Assembly: GCA_050613775.1 (NCBI GenBank)
Contig: JBODTK010000014.1
Location: 186,001-250,000, forward strand
From: Neocallimastix sp. 'constans'
Lineage: Eukaryota
Reading direction: 5' to 3'
Length of the DNA stretch: 64,000 bases
This document shows, piece by piece, positions 51,384-64,000 of the stretch. Position numbers and translations under genes: made by a program. Under the pieces are notes generated by a model. The model saw only the letters and a list, made by a program, of their open reading frames with translations, did no database searches and was not told where the DNA came from. Position 1 is the stretch's first letter; each line of letters starts with the position of its first letter.

Positions 51384-53428
51384 ATGAATAGTTTATTTAG
51401 AGTTATAGCAATAAATATTTTTATTAATATTATTTTGTTGTTTACAAAGTCTAATGCTGAAGAAAATGTAATTCATATTTTAATAAATAAGCCTGATATT
51501 GAATCAAATCAATATTTAGAAAATTATAATACCAAGATAAATCAATATCTTTTATATCAAAAACAAAGAAATAATCTTCCTATACCCAATATTGAAATAA
51601 AATTTTCATATTGTATACCAAAACCAGAAGAAGGAAAAATAATTGAACATATATATAAAAATATCTCATTAGTTTCTCTGGATGTGGAATATTCAGAATA
51701 TGTTAATTGCACTATTAATGCTCTAAAAAGTAACAATTATGACATGATGATATTAGATGATAAATTTATGTTAAGTGAAGAAGCCAATGTATATTTTGCC
51801 CCATTTAAGATTTTTTATACTGAAAAAGATCTTTATAAATATTTTTTAAATTATGATGAATACATTCGAAAGGATGACGTTAGTTTTCATGATGATAATA
51901 TTTTACAAGGAAGTATGCTTACTAATAAAGAACCTTATGTTGACAATAAAGGATTTTATGGAATACCCTATGAAATTGATTTTGATACCATATTTTATAA
52001 AAGCTCTGATGATCAGATAAATAATTATACATACCAAAATATGAAAGCAAATGATGACCTACTATTGCTATCATCATTTACTCCAGAACCACCTCTATTG
52101 GAAGATCGTTTCAATGTCACAAGCTATCCGTCAGTAGTTGATGATGGCATACTAAGTATTGGTTTAGGAAATAATGATGAAATGTTAAATTTATTCTCAG
52201 AATATATTCATTTGAAATATAATGTAAAAAGTATACCAAAGGGTGACCAAAAATCAGATTTTTTCAGTTTTTTACTCAATGAAAAAACATCGAATGAATT
52301 TTATAATTCTTTTAAAGAATTTTTAATAAAGTATACAGGTTCGAATTTGAATAAAACATTAACTACTTCAGTGCAAGATAGCTACAATTCATTTATAAAT
52401 AATGAAAAAAAATTTTTAAAGGGAAAAGCATCCAATTACGTTTCTTTGAAAAATACTTATTCAAATATTATTATACGGTCTCTTCCTAACGATATCAGTG
52501 TTATTAATAGAAAATATTTAGTAATTAATAGTGATAGTAAAAAAGATAAGAATATGCTCGTTCAACTGGCTCTTCAACTTACCTCACAAGAAATACAGTT
52601 ATATCGAGCAAAAGAATTTGGAAATTTACCCACATTTGATTTTAAGAGAAAAACACCAGATGATTATACTACTTTATACTGTAATTCATATCCTGAATTA
52701 TGTAAATTAATTAGGGAATCAAATCCAATTGACATAACAAAATTGTTTCAAAGAGGTGACAATAGTGCAAGTGTTATGGAAGTAAGACTTATCATGCCCA
52801 GTACGTTGAAGACAGGTATCTCCAGTAATAATTATACCATATTTAACAATACCTTTATCAATATTTTAAATTTAGAATCCCATTCTTTAACAAAGTTCTA
52901 TAAAAATAATCCTATCTTTCTTGTTCAAGATATTCTCACATTATCTATCATACTAATATTAATTATTGTAGTAATCATGGTCCACATACACAGAAAACAT
53001 CCCTATTTAAAAGCAATTTCACCATTTTTATCTAATTTAACGGTCATTGGAATGATATTAAATATTTCAGTGTCAAAAACTATGTTTTTTGTCAATACCG
53101 AATTATTATGTCAATTAATATATGTTATCAGAAATTTTACCTTAAATTTAACCAATTTTCCTATGTTTGCTATCATCTTTCGTATCTACTACATCTATAC
53201 TAACATTTCAAAAGTAAATTTTGGTAAAAAGTTAAATGATAGACGTTTACTAATCATTATAACAATAGCAATAATCTTTTTTTTAATATTGACGTCAGTA
53301 ATTATATTTTCTGATCCATTTTATGTAACAACCTTTGGTTCTTTCTTTCCCAGTCGAAATAAAAATTGTTACTCCAAAAATCAAACAGGTTATTTTAATT
53401 TCATAATAATATACGTTATACTCACGGT

Positions 53429-53473
<45 letters not shown>

Positions 53474-53639
53474 TATTTTATTTTATTTTATTATATTTTA
53501 TTATATTTTTTTTTATTTTATTATATTTTATTCTATTCTATTTTATTTACATAGTATTATAATTATTGTTATTAAATAATAAAATGTTTTAAAATGAAAT
53601 AAATTAATCAAATAATAAAATATTTTAAAATGAAATGAT

Positions 53640-53671
<32 letters not shown>

Positions 53672-54350
53672 TAATATATTAATTTATTTTTATATATATA
53701 TATATATTTAAATTTATTAATTTATTTAAATTTTATTGATATATATATTTAATTTATATATTTATTAGTTTATTCTTATGCTTATCATGACAGTAAGAAC
53801 GATAAAAGTTTCTAGACAATTTGGAGAAGTGAAATATATTTTATTCATTGTACTACTTTTATTTTCATCTATAATTTATGAGTTTATATATATGTCTTTA
53901 ATGGCGATATTAAGAAGTGATACCTTTTACTTGATAGCACATATTGTTTATATGTTATGTTGTCTTTGTTGTGTTTATCTTTTGGTGGGATATAGATTGA
54001 TCTATGTATTAAAGCATCCTATTAAAAATGGAACGTATAAAGGAAATGATATTAATAATGATTATTTCAATACTACAATTAATATTGTTGATTTTATTCC
54101 TTTGAAAAAGAATCGAATTGGGAACTTTCCATTTTTTAAACAAAGTAAAGGCCATGATAGTAATGGTACATTTTCTATTGTAAAGGATGAAGATAATATA
54201 AATGATCCAATATTGAGTAATCCAAACAATTATTTCTTTAATCAGGCACTAAAACTATTGGATGAGGAAAGTAAACAAAATGGAATGGAACAAATGAACC
54301 AAAGTAGTCAAGATAATCAAGATAAACAAAATTATCAACGTCAATATTAA
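51384..54350 (+). CDS. Class C-like 7TM GPCR with N-terminal solute-binding-protein ectodomain; exons 51384-53426 and 53769-54350; ~874 aa
   Basis: Signal peptide; SBP-like FYGIPYEIDFDTIFY; GABA-B-type HRKHPYLKAISPFLSNLTVIG after TM1 and FRIYYIY after TM3. A phase-0 intron 53427-53768 (gtaaat..ttag) joins the two track ORFs in frame, supplying the last TM helices and the tail. Confidence 0.82.
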
Positions 54351-55235
54351 TATATATTTAAGATGATTTTATAATTTATTAAAATAATAATAATAATAAT
54401 AATTAATAATTAATAATACTCATGCTAATAATAATTTATAATAGTGTAGTAATAATAATTATAATAATAGTAAAGCAATAATAGGTACTATTATATAATA
54501 TAAAATGCATGGTAATATTATTATTTTATTTATTTATTATTATTATTATTTTTTTTTTCAAATGTGTAATTGTTGTCACAAATCAATACATAATTGTTCT
54601 TATTAAGTTAATAAATTTTTTATTTATATATATAAGATATATTTAAATTTTTAATTTCTTAAAAATTTAAATAATAATATTTTTATAAAATTAAAAAAAA
54701 AAATTATAGAATCAAGATAATAAAGTAATATTATTGCAATCAAAATAAAAAAAAAATAAAAAAAATAAAATAAAATAAAATAAAATAAAATATAATATAA
54801 TATAATATAATTAATTAAAAAATAGATAATAGAAAATAGAAAATAAAAAATAGAAAATAAAAAAAAAAATAGATAATAGAAAATAGTAAATGAAATAAAA
54901 AATAAAAATAAAAATAAATATAAAAATAAAAATAAAAGAATAAAATATCATTATAAAAAAAATAATAATTGTAGTAATAATGGTTTGACATTAGAAAGGA
55001 AAAAAAAATTAATTTAAAATTTAATTAAAATTTATTATTTCATTTGTTTTTACTATTTTTCGTTCTATTTGTTATGTTGAATGATATTTACCTCATTGAG
55101 AGTCTAATGTATGAAATGAAATCCTTGTTATTTTTTAATAAGCCACATTTAACATTTAGTATCAATACATATATTATTTTCTAAATTTTTGTTAAATCTT
55201 CTTTGTTATTTTTTTTTTTTTTTTTTTTTTTAATT

Positions 55236-55360
55236 CCATTATCTTTGGTAGTGAGTACCCCATCTCAAATCAATTAAAAGTAGTATGCTTTTTTGGAATA
55301 GTCTTTTTACCATTCTCATTCATTAACTTTTTCTTCATTCTTTATACATATTATTTGATT

Positions 55361-55395
<35 letters not shown>

Positions 55396-55461
55396 CCTTA
55401 AATCATTAAAAATTTATGGCTTCATCCTAACTTTTTAGGATTTACTGATTTAATTAAATAA

Positions 55462-55509
<48 letters not shown>

Positions 55510-56415
55510 GTTAATTCCTCATTATTTGTATTCTCTTTGTCATTTTTAAATCTATGAATTTTTAAAAAAAATCAATATTTTCTAATGGATTATCATTTTC
55601 TAATAATTAATTTTATTACTACTACTTTTAATATATATATATATATATATATAGCCATATTATTATCATATAGTTTATATGGTTTTTTATTTTAATGATA
55701 CTGAATTATATGAATAATATTCATATAATTAAGTATTACAAAAAAAAAAAAAAAAAAAAAAATTATGGTTAAACCAAATATTATAAATGACTATTTATCT
55801 AATAGTTAATACATTTATAATGTGGCTTATTATTTTATATTATTGTTAAAATGTAAAATGTTTATAAATACGTAATAGTAATAGTAATAGTAATGATAAC
55901 AATATAATGATAATTTAAAAAAAAAAAATATTTAATTTTCAATTAAGAAATAAAAACAACATATAGATTAAATATTTAAGTTTTTGTTGTAATATTTGAA
56001 GAGTGTTGTATTTCGGAACGTGGCTTTCTATTGGGTGGCTTAATTAAATATACCATTTATGTAAAGGTAGCTAAAAAAAATAAAAATTATTATTTTATTT
56101 AATTTTAATAAATATTTAATATTCTATATATAATTTTAAAGATATTTTTAAATATTTTTAAATACTTTTTGGCTAAAATATTTTATAATATTTAACTTTA
56201 AAGATATAAATTATAATTATCTTTTTTTTTTTATTATTATTATTAATTATAATTTGTTCTTTTCCTCTTTTTGTTTTCACTTTTTTTTTTTTTTTTTTTT
56301 TTTTTTACAGTGACAAAATTATACAAAAAGTGTTTTTAAGAAAATTTTTTGAAATTTAAAGTTTAAAAAAAAAAAAAAAGATTAAAAATTAACCCATTTA
56401 TATTTATTTCGAGTT

Positions 56416-56454
<39 letters not shown>

Positions 56455-56600
56455 TTAATATTTATTTTTTAATCCTATTATCTTTGGTAGTGAGTACCCC
56501 ATCTCATATCAATTAAAAGTAGTATGCTTTTTGGAATAGTCTTTTTACCATTCTCACTCATTAACTTTTTCTTCATTCTTTATACATATTATTTGATTTC
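55236..56600 (-). repeat. ~125-bp dispersed direct repeat (55236-55361 and 56475-56600), possible hAT transposase relic
   Basis: Two near-identical GC-richer blocks. The minus strand of the second reads KTIPKSILLLIDMRWGTHY, resembling the hAT TRWxSxY motif. The repeat is certain; the hAT call is weak. Confidence 0.5.
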
Positions 56601-57019
56601 TTTTTTTTTTTTAAATTGCATCTTTTCCATTTTATTTAAAAAAAAAAAAAAAAGAATAAAAATTAACCCATTTATATTTATTTCGAGTTTTACTTATTTA
56701 TTTATTTATTTATAGTTATTTAAAAAAAAAAAAAATAAAAAATAAAAACATGAAGCGTTAAATTATATTTAATATTTAATAAAAAAAATAATTAATAAAT
56801 GATATAATATCAATTTAATATTCTATTTTATTTTATTATAATTCTTTTTTTTTTTTTTTTTTAATTTATAAAATGAATTTTTTTTTTATTTATTTAGTAA
56901 AATAATCAAAGTTATAAAAAAAAAAATTTTTTTTTTTTTTTTTCAATTAATGCTTCGCACATTTGAATAATTTGAATAATACTTTTTAATTTTTCTCCAA
57001 ACTTTTTTTTTTTTGGAGA

Positions 57020-57050
<31 letters not shown>

Positions 57051-58371
57051 TTTTTTTTCAAAGTTTAAAATTAAAATTATTTGTTTAAACCATCATCCTA
57101 TTTAAAAGGAAGGATTAGATATATTGTCATCTTCAATAAAAGTTCAAATAATAATACACATGGTAATAATTTGTTCATTCTCTAACGGTAGTTTATTTGA
57201 AACTTTCTAGATGAAAAAAAAAAAAAAAAAAAAAAGATCACTTAATACATATATGACCCTCTTGGTATAATCATTGTTATTTTTGGTATACCTTTTAATT
57301 CCATAGAAAAGATTAAAGTTGTTTAACAGTATTCATTTAAATAAATTCCATATATTAAGTAATATATATAATACATTTCATAAATAAATAAAATAAAAAT
57401 TATAATAATCAATTAAATTTTAAACTATTATTAAAAATAAAAAAATAAAACAAAATATATATACACATTATTCATACATATAAACTACTATAGCATTACA
57501 TTGACCTTGTGTATAGATGCCGGATATTATATAGTAATATAGTAATATGGTTAGTTTATTAGCATTCCTGCACGTTCAGGAGAGGAAAATTATATATTAT
57601 ACACCAATCATTACATAAAACAAAATAAAACAGAATAAATATTATAAATATATAAATATATAAATAAAATTAAACTGATTAAATATTTTTTATATATTTT
57701 ATATTTATAATATATGATATATATTATTGTATAATAATAATAATTTTCAGTATATATATATTTATATTAAATGATAACTGATAATAAAATTGATTATAAT
57801 AAACAATCAGTATTCTCATTTAATTAAAGGTTCCTATAAAATACTTTCTCACAATTAAACAAAAAAAAAATAATTTTTTTATGAAGAAATTTTTTTTTTT
57901 TTCAATAATTAAAAAGATAAATTCTTTTCATGGAAAACAAATAGAATATTAAAAAAAAAGAAGTAAAAAAGTATTTTTTTTGATTAATATATGATAGCTC
58001 TGTTATATATTATATATGTTATTTGATATATAATGGATTATATTTAACACTTTTAAAAGCAGAAATAATACTTTTTATTTTATCTTATTTTATTTTATTT
58101 TATTTTTATTTATTTATTTTTTTTCTTTTTTATATTAAGAAAGGCCTCTTCCTCTAAGATTATGATCATTATATGTTATTTGTAATTATTTTTTTATGAT
58201 ATTCTAACATTATTTGATAATATTTAATGTTAATCGGCACGATACTATCAAATAGAACTCTTTTACACTTAATAATAAAGTATAATGTACAATGTAATAA
58301 CTACATTATTTAATTATACATATACAATTTATAAAAATCTTTTTTTTTTTTAAAAAAAAAAATAATACTTA

Positions 58372-58517
58372 CAATAAAAATATAATAAATATTAAATGTT
58401 TAATAGATATAATACATAAAATAAAAATATAATAAATATTAAATGTTTAATAGATATAATACATAAAATAAAAATATAATAAATATTAAATGTTTAATAG
58501 ATATAATACATAAAATA
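58372..58517 (+). repeat. 3 x 46-bp tandem repeat
   Basis: aaatgtttaatagatataatacataaaat at 58395, 58441 and 58487. Confidence 0.85.
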
Positions 58518-61500
58518 GAAATTATTTGTAATATAACATAATAAATATAATAAACAAAATGAAGATTGGATACAAATAAATTAAAGATAAAGGGAAATGG
58601 TAAATTTTATTATATAAATTGAAGTATTTAGTTTTTATTACATTTTTATTTATCTATTATTATATAATATTATATCATATTTATTTGAAAGTTTAATCTT
58701 TAATAAAAAAAATTAAATTAAATTAACTAAATTATATTAAATTTAATTTTAATTTAAACTTTAATTTTTTATTAATTTTAATTTTATTTCATTTAATTTC
58801 ATTTAATTTGTTATTATTTTTTTTATTTTATTAATTTTTTTTATTTTTTTTTTATTTTAAAAATTAATTTATTAAATACTTTTATAAACTTTTTTTTTTT
58901 ATTGTTTTCTTTTGTGTTATTGTTAATATGAACAATGCATCCATAAACTTTTCTTATGAAGAAAGATTGATCAGCAATTTTAATTTAATTCTAAGTTAAG
59001 TCTTTTTTTTTTTTTTTAATTATTTATTATTTATTAATAAATACTCTTTTTATTATTTATTATTATTTATTAATAAATACTCTTTATTATTATTTATTAT
59101 TTATTATTCAATTATTTATTATTTATTATGTATTCAATTATTTATTATTTATTATTTATTATTTATTATTTATTATTATTTTAATAGATATTTTAAGTAA
59201 AAGTTAACCGTTAAAATTATTTATTATATATATCAATATATATCTTTATATAAATTTATATAAGTAAACAATAGAATAAAATAAATTATTCTTTTATTAT
59301 ATGTTTTTTGTAGCTATCTTTTTTATTTTTAGAAATTTACTTGCTGATAGAGTTTAAATACCTGTAAAATAGCTTTAAAAAAGAAAAAGATAACAATGTA
59401 AAGTATAAAAAAAAAATTATTTATGTAAACATCATTTTATAAAAGATTAATATTTTATGAAAGATTAATTAAAAGAAAAAAAAAATATTAAATCATTAAC
59501 AAAATAGAAATTTGGATAATTTTTTTTTTTTTTTTGTATGATCAGAAATTAAAAAAAAAAAAAATTAATTTATTTGTATATAGAAATTACTTCAAATATT
59601 AATTAACAATAAATTAATAATAAATTAAATTTTAATAAAAAAAAAAAGAATAATATTAAAAAATTAAAAAAAAAAAAATAATAAAAAATTTTTTTTTTCT
59701 TATTTTAATATAAAAATTATACAAATTTTATTTCATTTTTAATTTTGATAAATTGTTTTTTTTTTGTCCAACCATTTTTGTTTCATGTTTGAATGAGAAT
59801 TAAAAATTAGATTGGTTGAAAGTTGATTTACACTTTTTCTTTTTTCTTTTTGTATTCATTGATGGATTAATTATTTTTAATTATTTATTATTCAATTATT
59901 TATATATTTATTTATTATTTATAGATATATTTATTTATTATTCAATTATTTATATATTTATTTATTATTTATAGATATATTTATTTAAATATATATATAA
60001 ATATTTATTTAAATATTTTAAAGATAAACCTATATTTAGAGTATGTATAAGAATAAAACAAAAATAGTCTTAAAAATAAAAATAATAGATAAAAAGAAAA
60101 ATAATAAATAAAATAAAATAAAATAAAATAAATCTGTTCTATTCCTAATAATTTATTTTGTTTCTTTATCTTAAATTAAGATTATAGATTATACTATTCT
60201 TAATATGTTTATATATTTAATTAAATTTGAAGATGAACTTTTTTTTTTTTTTTTTTATTTCTTATTAAAGAATTATTATATATATAAAAATTTTTTTTTA
60301 TTTAATTTAAAATAGTTAATATTAATCATTCTCTAAAATTTTCATTTTTTTTTTCTTTTATTTTATTTTTTTCTTTGTAGAACAATAGTAAATTTAAAAA
60401 AAAAATAATAATAATAATTAAATGAATGAATAAATAATTATTTTATTAATTTATTTAATAAAATTGAATGGATAGCGTATAAATAACTAATAAATTACAA
60501 TTTTCAGTTGTTCAAACCTTATTATTAATTATTATTTTTTAATATTTTCTTATTACTAATAAAATTTAAAATTAATAAAATAATATTGAGACAAAAAGAA
60601 ATAAAAAAAATTTTTTTTTGATACAAAATAAAAATAAAAATAAAAATAAAAATAAAAATAAAAAAAAAAATAAAAATAATTAAAAAAAAAATAATAATAA
60701 TTAAATATTATCATTAATTGTTATTATTATCTTAAGTGGTCTTGTTTATCCACAAGGTATATAAAATTAATTACTAATGATTAAAGAAAGATAAAGAATT
60801 TCCACTTACCCAACACAATACCAAAAATTCAACTTTTATTATATATCAATGAAAGTTATTTTTTTTTTTTTTATTGTCACCTAGATTCATAAATATATTT
60901 TTAACTGAATATAATAAAAGAAAAAAAAAAAAAAAAAGAAAAAGGGAAAAGTATTTTAAGTATAATGTATAAAATATATAAATAATAATTATTATTATTA
61001 TTATTTATATTAATAATTATCCTATATTAATATAATTTTTTTTTCTTTATCTTTTTATAGATAATTATTATTAAATATTTACCTTTTTTATATAATTAAA
61101 TGTTATTACAATTAAATTATTTTTTTTTTTAAACAACCAAATAAATCAAAAATTAATTTATTACTAAAAAAAGTTTTTTTATTTATTTATTATTTATTAT
61201 TTATTATTTATTAATAAATATTCTTTTTTTTATTATTTATTATTTATTAATAAATACTTTTTTAATTATTTATTATTTATTAATAAATACTTTTTTATTT
61301 ATTTATTATTTATTATTTATTATTTATTATTTATTATTTATTATTTATTATTTATTAATAAATACTCTTTTTATTATTATTTATTATTTATTAATAAATA
61401 CTTTTTTAATTATTTATTATTTATTAATAAACACTCTTTTATTTATTTATTATTTATTAATCAATACTCTTTTTATTAATAAATACTCTTTATTATTATT

Positions 61501-62048
61501 TATTATTTAATATTAAATACTTTTTTATTATTTATCATTTATTATTCAATTATTTATAATTAATTAATACTCCTAATTATTAATTATTATTTAATATTAA
61601 ATACTATTTTTATTATTTATTATTTATTATTTATTATTTATTATTTATTATTTATTAATTATTTATTATTATTTAATTTTCTTTTATATTTCGTTAGAAT
61701 TTATTGATTTTTCTTTTTTTTTTTTTTTTATAAAATAAAAAAAAAAAATTAACAAAAACAAAACAATGATAATAAAAAAAAAACAGAAAAAAAACAGAAA
61801 AAAAAATTTTTTTTTTTTTTAATTTAATAAGAATTAAAGTTAATTTTTTAATTTCTACAAATTTAATATTTTTCTTCTATTGGATGTAATTGTTAAATTA
61901 ATTGATCGTCAATTCTAAATTTTTATCATATATAAATACTTGTTTTTTTTTTTTTTTTTTTTTTTTTTTATTTTTTTTATTTATTTCATTTTTACTTTAT
62001 TTATTTATAATCATTTAGATACGAACTATATAATAATATCTTAATTTT

Positions 62049-62084
<36 letters not shown>

Positions 62085-62891
62085 CCTTTAACAAAAGAAA
62101 TAAAATATTTAAAAAAATTTATGCAGTAAAATAAAATAAAATAAAATAAATAAAATAATACAGAATTTGCCTTATATATTTTATAAAAGCATTATTAAAA
62201 TAATTTTTTTTTAATAATTTTATTGATTGGAATAAGGAAAAGAAAAAAGAAAAAGTAAAATAAATAAATACATCAAAATTTAATAAAATTTTAACGAAAT
62301 AATATTTTTTAAAATTAATTATTATAATAATAATAAAAATAAAGTTAAATTATTTTATGAAATGAATAACTTAAATTTAACTTTGAAATGAAGAAAAGTA
62401 TATCAAAATAAAAAAAAATAAAAAATAAAAAAAAAAAAACTTTTTTTTTATAATAATAATAAATAATTTCAATATACCCTTTTTATGTGAATTTATTATT
62501 TTATAAAAAAAATAAATAAATAAATAAAATAGAATAAAATAAAATATACTATATATATATTATAACATGAATTGCATTTATTAATTTATTTAATAATGAT
62601 TTAAATAATTTATAATTTATAAATATATCTTTATATTTAATATATTTAATTACATTGAAAAAGATGTATAGAAATATTCACTTTTAATTAATAATAATAA
62701 TAAATATATATCATTCATCAAAAATATAATTATATATATTCATATTTTTTTTTGAATAATAAAAAATACAAACAAACAAACAAACAACAACAACAAAAAA
62801 AAAAAAAAAAAAAAGAATTCATAAATAATTTCAATAATAATTAGTAATTTCAAGAAAATTTAATTTATTACATAATAATATTATATAAAAA

Positions 62892-64000
62892 ATGAATTAT
62901 TTAATATCATATATTATTCCATTGATAACCATTTTTTTATTTTCTACCATAAAAGCAGCCAGTGCTGGTGGTACAGAAAAAATAAATGTTTTAATAAGTA
63001 AACCAGATATTGAAGATCCAAAAAATTACCTGGAAAGATACAATGCCTTTGTGAAACAATATGTAGATAAAAAAAGACTTGAATCAAATGATAGTATACC
63101 CTCAATGGACATTGAATTTTCGTATTGTGAGCCTGATCCTAATGATGGAATAGCTTTATTTTTTGCCTATAAATACTCTAAGGATGTTGAACGTTTTGTG
63201 GATCTGGAATTCGCAAAAAATTTGAATTGTACCCTTAGAGAATTAAAAAAGAAAGGAAATGAAAACATTTATGATATGGTTGTATTACCTGATCGATTAC
63301 TTTACAGTGATGATACTTATATTCATAATGCTGTTATTGAAGGTTCCTTTTATATAGAACATATACATGATTATTTATTAAATTATGATCATTTAATTAG
63401 CATGGAAGATATTAAACATCATAATAAAGTGATTCTTGAACGAGCTCGTCATAAAGGAAAAGAGTTGCTCGGTCTACCCTATGAATTGGATTTTGATAAT
63501 CTCTATTATTATAATGAAGATGAAGATAAGAAAAATGAATTTTTAACGGATTCCATCCTTTTCCAAAAGAATATTATTAATAATAATCAAAAAGATGATG
63601 AGAAAAAGGAATTACCCCACACCTCAAATGGAACATTAAGTATTGCCCTTGGAGATGAGGATGAATTAATTAATTTATTTTTTGAGTATGTTCGTATTCA
63701 TCTTTTTGAGTCAAGTCATCCGGAGGACACCAGCTATTTGGATAAATTTTATAATGATAAAAATAAAATTATGGAGTTTTATAGGTCCTTCAGAGAGTTC
63801 GTCCTCAAATATACTGGATCCGATATAAGGAATACGCTTTCCACAACCCCTCAACAGGCCTTCCAATCATTTATTCAAAAAGATAAAAAATTATTTAAGG
63901 GGAAAGCTTCCTATTATTCCTTATTAAAGAAGAATGTCACGGATTCCATATCCATGGCAAATCTACCTAAGGATTATGGAGTTGTGGAAGGAAAATATCT
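62892..64000 (+). CDS. Paralogous SBP-ectodomain receptor (probable class C-like GPCR), 5' part only, runs off the window
   Basis: Frame starts MNYLISYIIPLITIFLFSTIKA. Collinear with the 51384 protein: KPDIE, FSYC, YDMVVL, GLPYELDFDNLYY, LSIALGDEDELINLF, FYRSFREFVLKYTG, KGKAS. The TM region is not visible. Confidence 0.82.
   Translation, partial: MNYLISYIIPLITIFLFSTIKAASAGGTEKINVLISKPDIEDPKNYLERYNAFVKQYVDKKRLESNDSIPSMDIEFSYCEPDPNDGIALFFAYKYSKDVERFVDLEFAKNLNCTLRELKKKGNENIYDMVVLPDRLLYSDDTYIHNAVIEGSFYIEHIHDYLLNYDHLISMEDIKHHNKVILERARHKGKELLGLPYELDFDNLYYYNEDEDKKNEFLTDSILFQKNIINNNQKDDEKKELPHTSNGTLSIALGDEDELINLFFEYVRIHLFESSHPEDTSYLDKFYNDKNKIMEFYRSFREFVLKYTGSDIRNTLSTTPQQAFQSFIQKDKKLFKGKASYYSLLKKNVTDSISMANLPKDYGVVEGKY

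Noticed and set aside
53427..53579. Phe-rich C-terminus of the 731-aa track ORF
   Set aside because: Read-through into a poly(T) intron; the GT at 53427 and AG at 53768 give an in-frame splice.
4881..56715. Remaining short F/I/Y/K-rich ORFs (4881, 12141, 26217, 26665, 36841, 37422, 37777, 50746, 56524)
   Set aside because: Composition expected by chance in very AT-rich DNA; no motifs.
57100..57610. Possible Ty3/gypsy relic (minus-strand NTVKQL*SFL, cf. TVKQLQSFLG)
   Set aside because: A single short motif with no collinear support.
1..64000. tRNA or rRNA genes
   Set aside because: No GC-rich cloverleaf or rRNA-like segment was seen.

Overview
Extremely AT-rich eukaryotic DNA with GT-AG introns, long homopolymers and microsatellites. 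The gene content points to an anaerobic gut fungus (Neocallimastigomycota); this is inference. The window is a duplication- and inversion-rich carbohydrate locus. Intact genes: an intronless ICMT/PEMT-family methyltransferase, a head-to-head pair of GPI-type CE4 deacetylases, two same-strand copies of an uncharacterised ~590-aa protein, a two-exon CBM1-PL3 pectate lyase absent from the ORF track, a head-to-head pair of apparently identical GH11 xylanases with Asn/Trp tails, and two class C-like GPCRs with solute-binding-protein ectodomains (the second cut by the window edge). The PL3 and both GH11 genes lie between the two ~590-aa copies. Broken genes: a third, internally deleted CE4 copy and a sugar-porter MFS pseudogene with a 301-bp internal inversion bounded by CCAGG/CCTGG. 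Mobile relics: LINE RT, Ty1/copia, a possible hAT, and a poly(A)-tailed retro-insertion with a 15-bp target-site duplication. All family calls are motif recognition by eye; no database searches were run.
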